Shown here: piece after piece, positions 58,552-64,000 of the stretch
How the letters are laid out: every line of letters starts with the position of its first letter
How positions within the stretch are numbered: position 1 is the stretch's first letter
Assembly (NCBI RefSeq): GCF_009914755.1
Contig: NC_060941.1
DNA: 64,000 bases
Direction: 5' to 3' (one strand)
From: the human T2T-CHM13v2.0 reference genome, Homo sapiens
Program-made: the position numbers and the translations under genes
Notes under the pieces: model-generated
What the model saw: the letters and a program-made list of their open reading frames with translations, nothing else
Database searches by the model: none
What the model was told of the DNA's origin: nothing

Positions 58552-59085
58552 CAGGGGAAGAGATTCTCCAAAGATTGGTCATGGAGACTGATGTGTCACT
58601 GCTAAAGACACATTTCTTCCAGTTAAAGCAATGTTGTCACACCCACATAATTTTTGGTCATATTGTAATATGTTTAGTAGTTTTACTTAAATCAGCTCAC
58701 AAATTTGGCTTAAACGAAGGAATGAATATTTTACTACTTTAAGTGAAAACCAGTGTTACATATAAAAAGAAGATAATTACACATATACAAGACAATGTTA
58801 TTAGATATCAATGTTATCAGATATCATGTCATTAAATATTTGCTTCCTGGTGCAGACTTTGAGGTTAGACCTGCTGTGTTGTTGTTAAAAAAGAAAATGA
58901 AATTAGTAAATTTTGGAGATGCATTAAGACAGGCTAACACTACTTCGAGATGTTTTCTTTGGTATCCTCAAGAGATTTGGAGTAGAAATAAAAAGGTTAT
59001 AAGGTTTTCACAAAGTGATTTAATATTGCAACGTATTGTCCATTTACCACTTTAAGTCATCTCCATGAAGCCAAAGGTAATATAG
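58552..59085. mobile_element. MER113-like (hAT-Charlie) fossil
   Basis: gaaaaccagtgtta, acaatgttatt, tgttaaaaag, taccactttaagtcatctc match recalled consensus. Confidence 0.6.
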
Positions 59086-59242
59086 GAAAAGCTAAGATAA
59101 AGTATCACATCCCCAGGAATGTCTCATTAAAATGTGCTACCCTCTGGTTTATAAGGGGATGAGGGGCAAAATTAAAAGTTGCCCTGAAGAGAAGAGACGT
59201 AGAAGTGGTGGAAAGAAGTAATGAAAAGTAGAGGGTATTTCC

Positions 59243-59514
59243 AAAATTTGGCTCTGCAGAGCTTCCTCCAAGAAAGTACATTCATTCTTGGAAATACATT
59301 TTTCCAAAAAATATGTTTTCTTATGCCACACTGTCCACTTCACAATTCTTGCCAAGTTTATTTATCATTTAAAATGTTATATGGTATTGTTTTGTTACGC
59401 CATTTGTTAGCAACCATTATATTATTTACACACTTGGCACACTGCACCAGGAAAACTACCAAATCAAAAATATCTATTTTTTGCTACCAGAAAAAAAAAA
59501 TGCTTCCTAAAGCA
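59243..59514 (+). repeat. Dispersed direct duplication B, copy 1 (partner 62622-62891)
   Basis: Manual alignment gives ~40 differences over ~270 bp. Confidence 0.9.
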
Positions 59515-59639
59515 TTTGGGAAGAAGTAATAAAAAGAAGAGGATAAGGAACTAGAAAAAAGATTAATGAGTGATCCAGATAGTCAAATTTTCATCCCAGA
59601 ACCATGTGGTCAGTCTCTTGGCTGGTACAGCCCAGGTCA

Positions 59640-59900
59640 CAATAATAAAATTTTTATAGTTAACATTTATTGACATATATACCATAGAGTGCTTAGCATA
59701 TGTCAGAGACTCTATTAAGCATTTTCATGTATTAATTCATTGAATCATTCTGACATCCATAAATTAAAAACTATAATTATTCTCATTTTACAAAAAAGAA
59801 AATGAAAGCACAGAAAGGTCAGGCTACTAGCCCAAGTCACATGCTATTTTGTGATGCAGCTGAAATTTGAACTGAAACAGCAGGGCCAGAGATGACACAG
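59640..59900 (-). mobile_element. MIR
   Basis: taacatttattga...attctcattttacaa...gcacagaaagg...gcccaagtcaca. Confidence 0.7.
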
Positions 59901-60399
59901 CCCCAATATATTGGTGTTAAGCCATCTCCTAATTTTTCTGAGATGACTCTCTCTCTAGGTATGACAAATTAATACATGAGATATTGTGTCCAATTTATCA
60001 CATGCTATAATCATGAATTTAGTTAATCCATACTAATAGTAATCATTTGCAAAGTTGCCTTGAGGCACAATCTTGTTTACGATTAAATCCCCTGGATCCA
60101 ACACAGACCCTGGCAATTATAGTTGGTGTCCCATAATAATATTAGTGACCATGGCTAGCAATATGGTAGAACGAAAGAGTCAACTGAATGAAGGCCACAA
60201 AACCCGGGTTCACTCAGCAGATATAAAGGCCTGGAAAACTCATCTACATTTGCTGCTCTTTACTTTCCTTGTCTGTAAAATGGGTATCTTAACCTCCTTC
60301 CATATGGCTTGATTATTGTGAGGTTGGTTTAAGGAACCAACATAAACTCTGTAAAGGACCAAGAACTAGGTAGAAAAACTTTGGCCTCAATTATGCCTT

Positions 60400-61460
<1,061 letters not shown>

Positions 61461-61679
61461 AAGTCAACGCACAGATACATATGCAAACTTCATTCTCTCT
61501 GTATCTTTAAATGGCTTCTGTATAGCAGCCACTTATAAATTTCTCTAACTTCCTGATTAACATGCCTATTAAGATAGCAAAGTAAAAGATAAAAAAAAAA
61601 AACTCGCAGTGCTCGAAGTCTGGCAGGCAAACCTGTTGGGAGCACTGGAGGGAATTTTTGTTTGCCTCCAGGCTGCTGA

Positions 61680-62005
<326 letters not shown>

Positions 62006-62233
62006 GAAAACAATCTAAACAGAGTACCCTGTGATGCCATGGGTGAGCCTGTCTTTTTGAAAATAGGTAGAAATACGTTTCTTCCTTTTCCAGTATCTTT
62101 AGAAACTTGAAGTCTGCACCTAATGGAAAATTGAGCTCACATCCTTGCTTTAACACTGAGGGCAAGGCAGGGTGGGGTCTCTCCCTCCTCTTGCCATTAC
62201 AAGCCTCGTTATCATATAAAAGAAGCTTGAAAT

Positions 62234-62549
<316 letters not shown>

Positions 62550-62621
62550 TTACTTGGTATGTCTCCTAAATTAGGAATTCAGTTTTTTAGCTATGTTCAG
62601 GTGGATCCTATAGTGATGGGG

Positions 62622-62891
62622 AAAATATGGCTCGGCAGAACTTCCTCCAAGAAAGTATGTTAATTCTTGGGAAATGTATTTTTCCAGAAAATATGTTTTC
62701 TTGTGCCATATTGTCTAGCTCACAATATTTGTGGTTTGTTTATCAATTAAAATGGTATCTAGTATTGTTTTGTTATACCATTTGTTAGCAACAGTTATGT
62801 TATTTACACATTTGGCACACTGCACCAAGAGAACTATGAAATCAAAAATATCTGTTTTTTGCTATCAGAAAAAAAAATTCTTCCTAAAGCA
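62622..62891 (+). repeat. Dispersed direct duplication B, copy 2 (partner 59243-59514)
   Basis: Manual alignment with 59243-59514. Confidence 0.9.
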
Positions 62892-63118
62892 ATATGTTGA
62901 TATTTTCATTGTCAAAAAACTTAAGTGGACATTTTGTTTATTTAAAACTTATATCGAAGTTGATATCTATGATGTGTAAAGTGTTCCTACAAGTAACAAA
63001 CAATCCAAAAGAAAATGGGGGAAGGGTATCAACAGCAATTTACAGAATTTACAGTGAAAATGGCAATAAACATAAAAATATGCATAGCCTTCTTAGTCAT
63101 GAAATAAATGCAAATTAA

Positions 63119-63517
<399 letters not shown>

Positions 63518-63683
63518 TGAAATAAGGATCTGGAAGAGCTGTCTGCACCCTCATGGTCACTGCAGCATTATTCACAACAGACATGGAAACAACCCAGATT
63601 TCCATTGACAGATGAATGGATAAAGACAGCATGGTAAAAACATTCAATGGAATATGATTCCACCTTAAAAAATTGGAAATTCT

Positions 63684-63998
<315 letters not shown>

Positions 63999-64000
63999 AT

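Overview
This is gene-poor, repeat-dense primate genomic DNA, most likely human or great ape, given AluY, L1PA, LTR12 and MER41 elements. I find no supportable protein-coding exon: the listed ORFs are Alu, L1 or LTR read-through or chance ORFs. The window is a mosaic of about 26 Alu/FLAM pieces, many old L1M/HAL1/L2/MIR fragments, a near-full-length but dead L1PA7/8, a twin-primed L1PA, many MaLR/ERVL/ERV1 solo LTRs, several DNA-transposon fossils and a 7SL retropseudogene. Features not explained by ordinary repeat annotation: (1) a 118-bp near-perfect inverted repeat at 27.0 kb; (2) an intact minus-strand LTR12 promoter with a CpG-retaining domain running about 3 kb downstream; (3) an LTR9-type LTR whose private 58-bp tandem duplication brings it to four octamer motifs; (4) two independent ~260-270-bp dispersed direct duplications, each with one copy beside an L1 5' junction; (5) an L1 5'UTR deletion starting at the canonical splice donor. 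I cannot support a claim of a complete new biological system; these are testable leads. Repeat subfamily names come from recalled consensus sequences, not a database search. Boundaries of old repeats are approximate.
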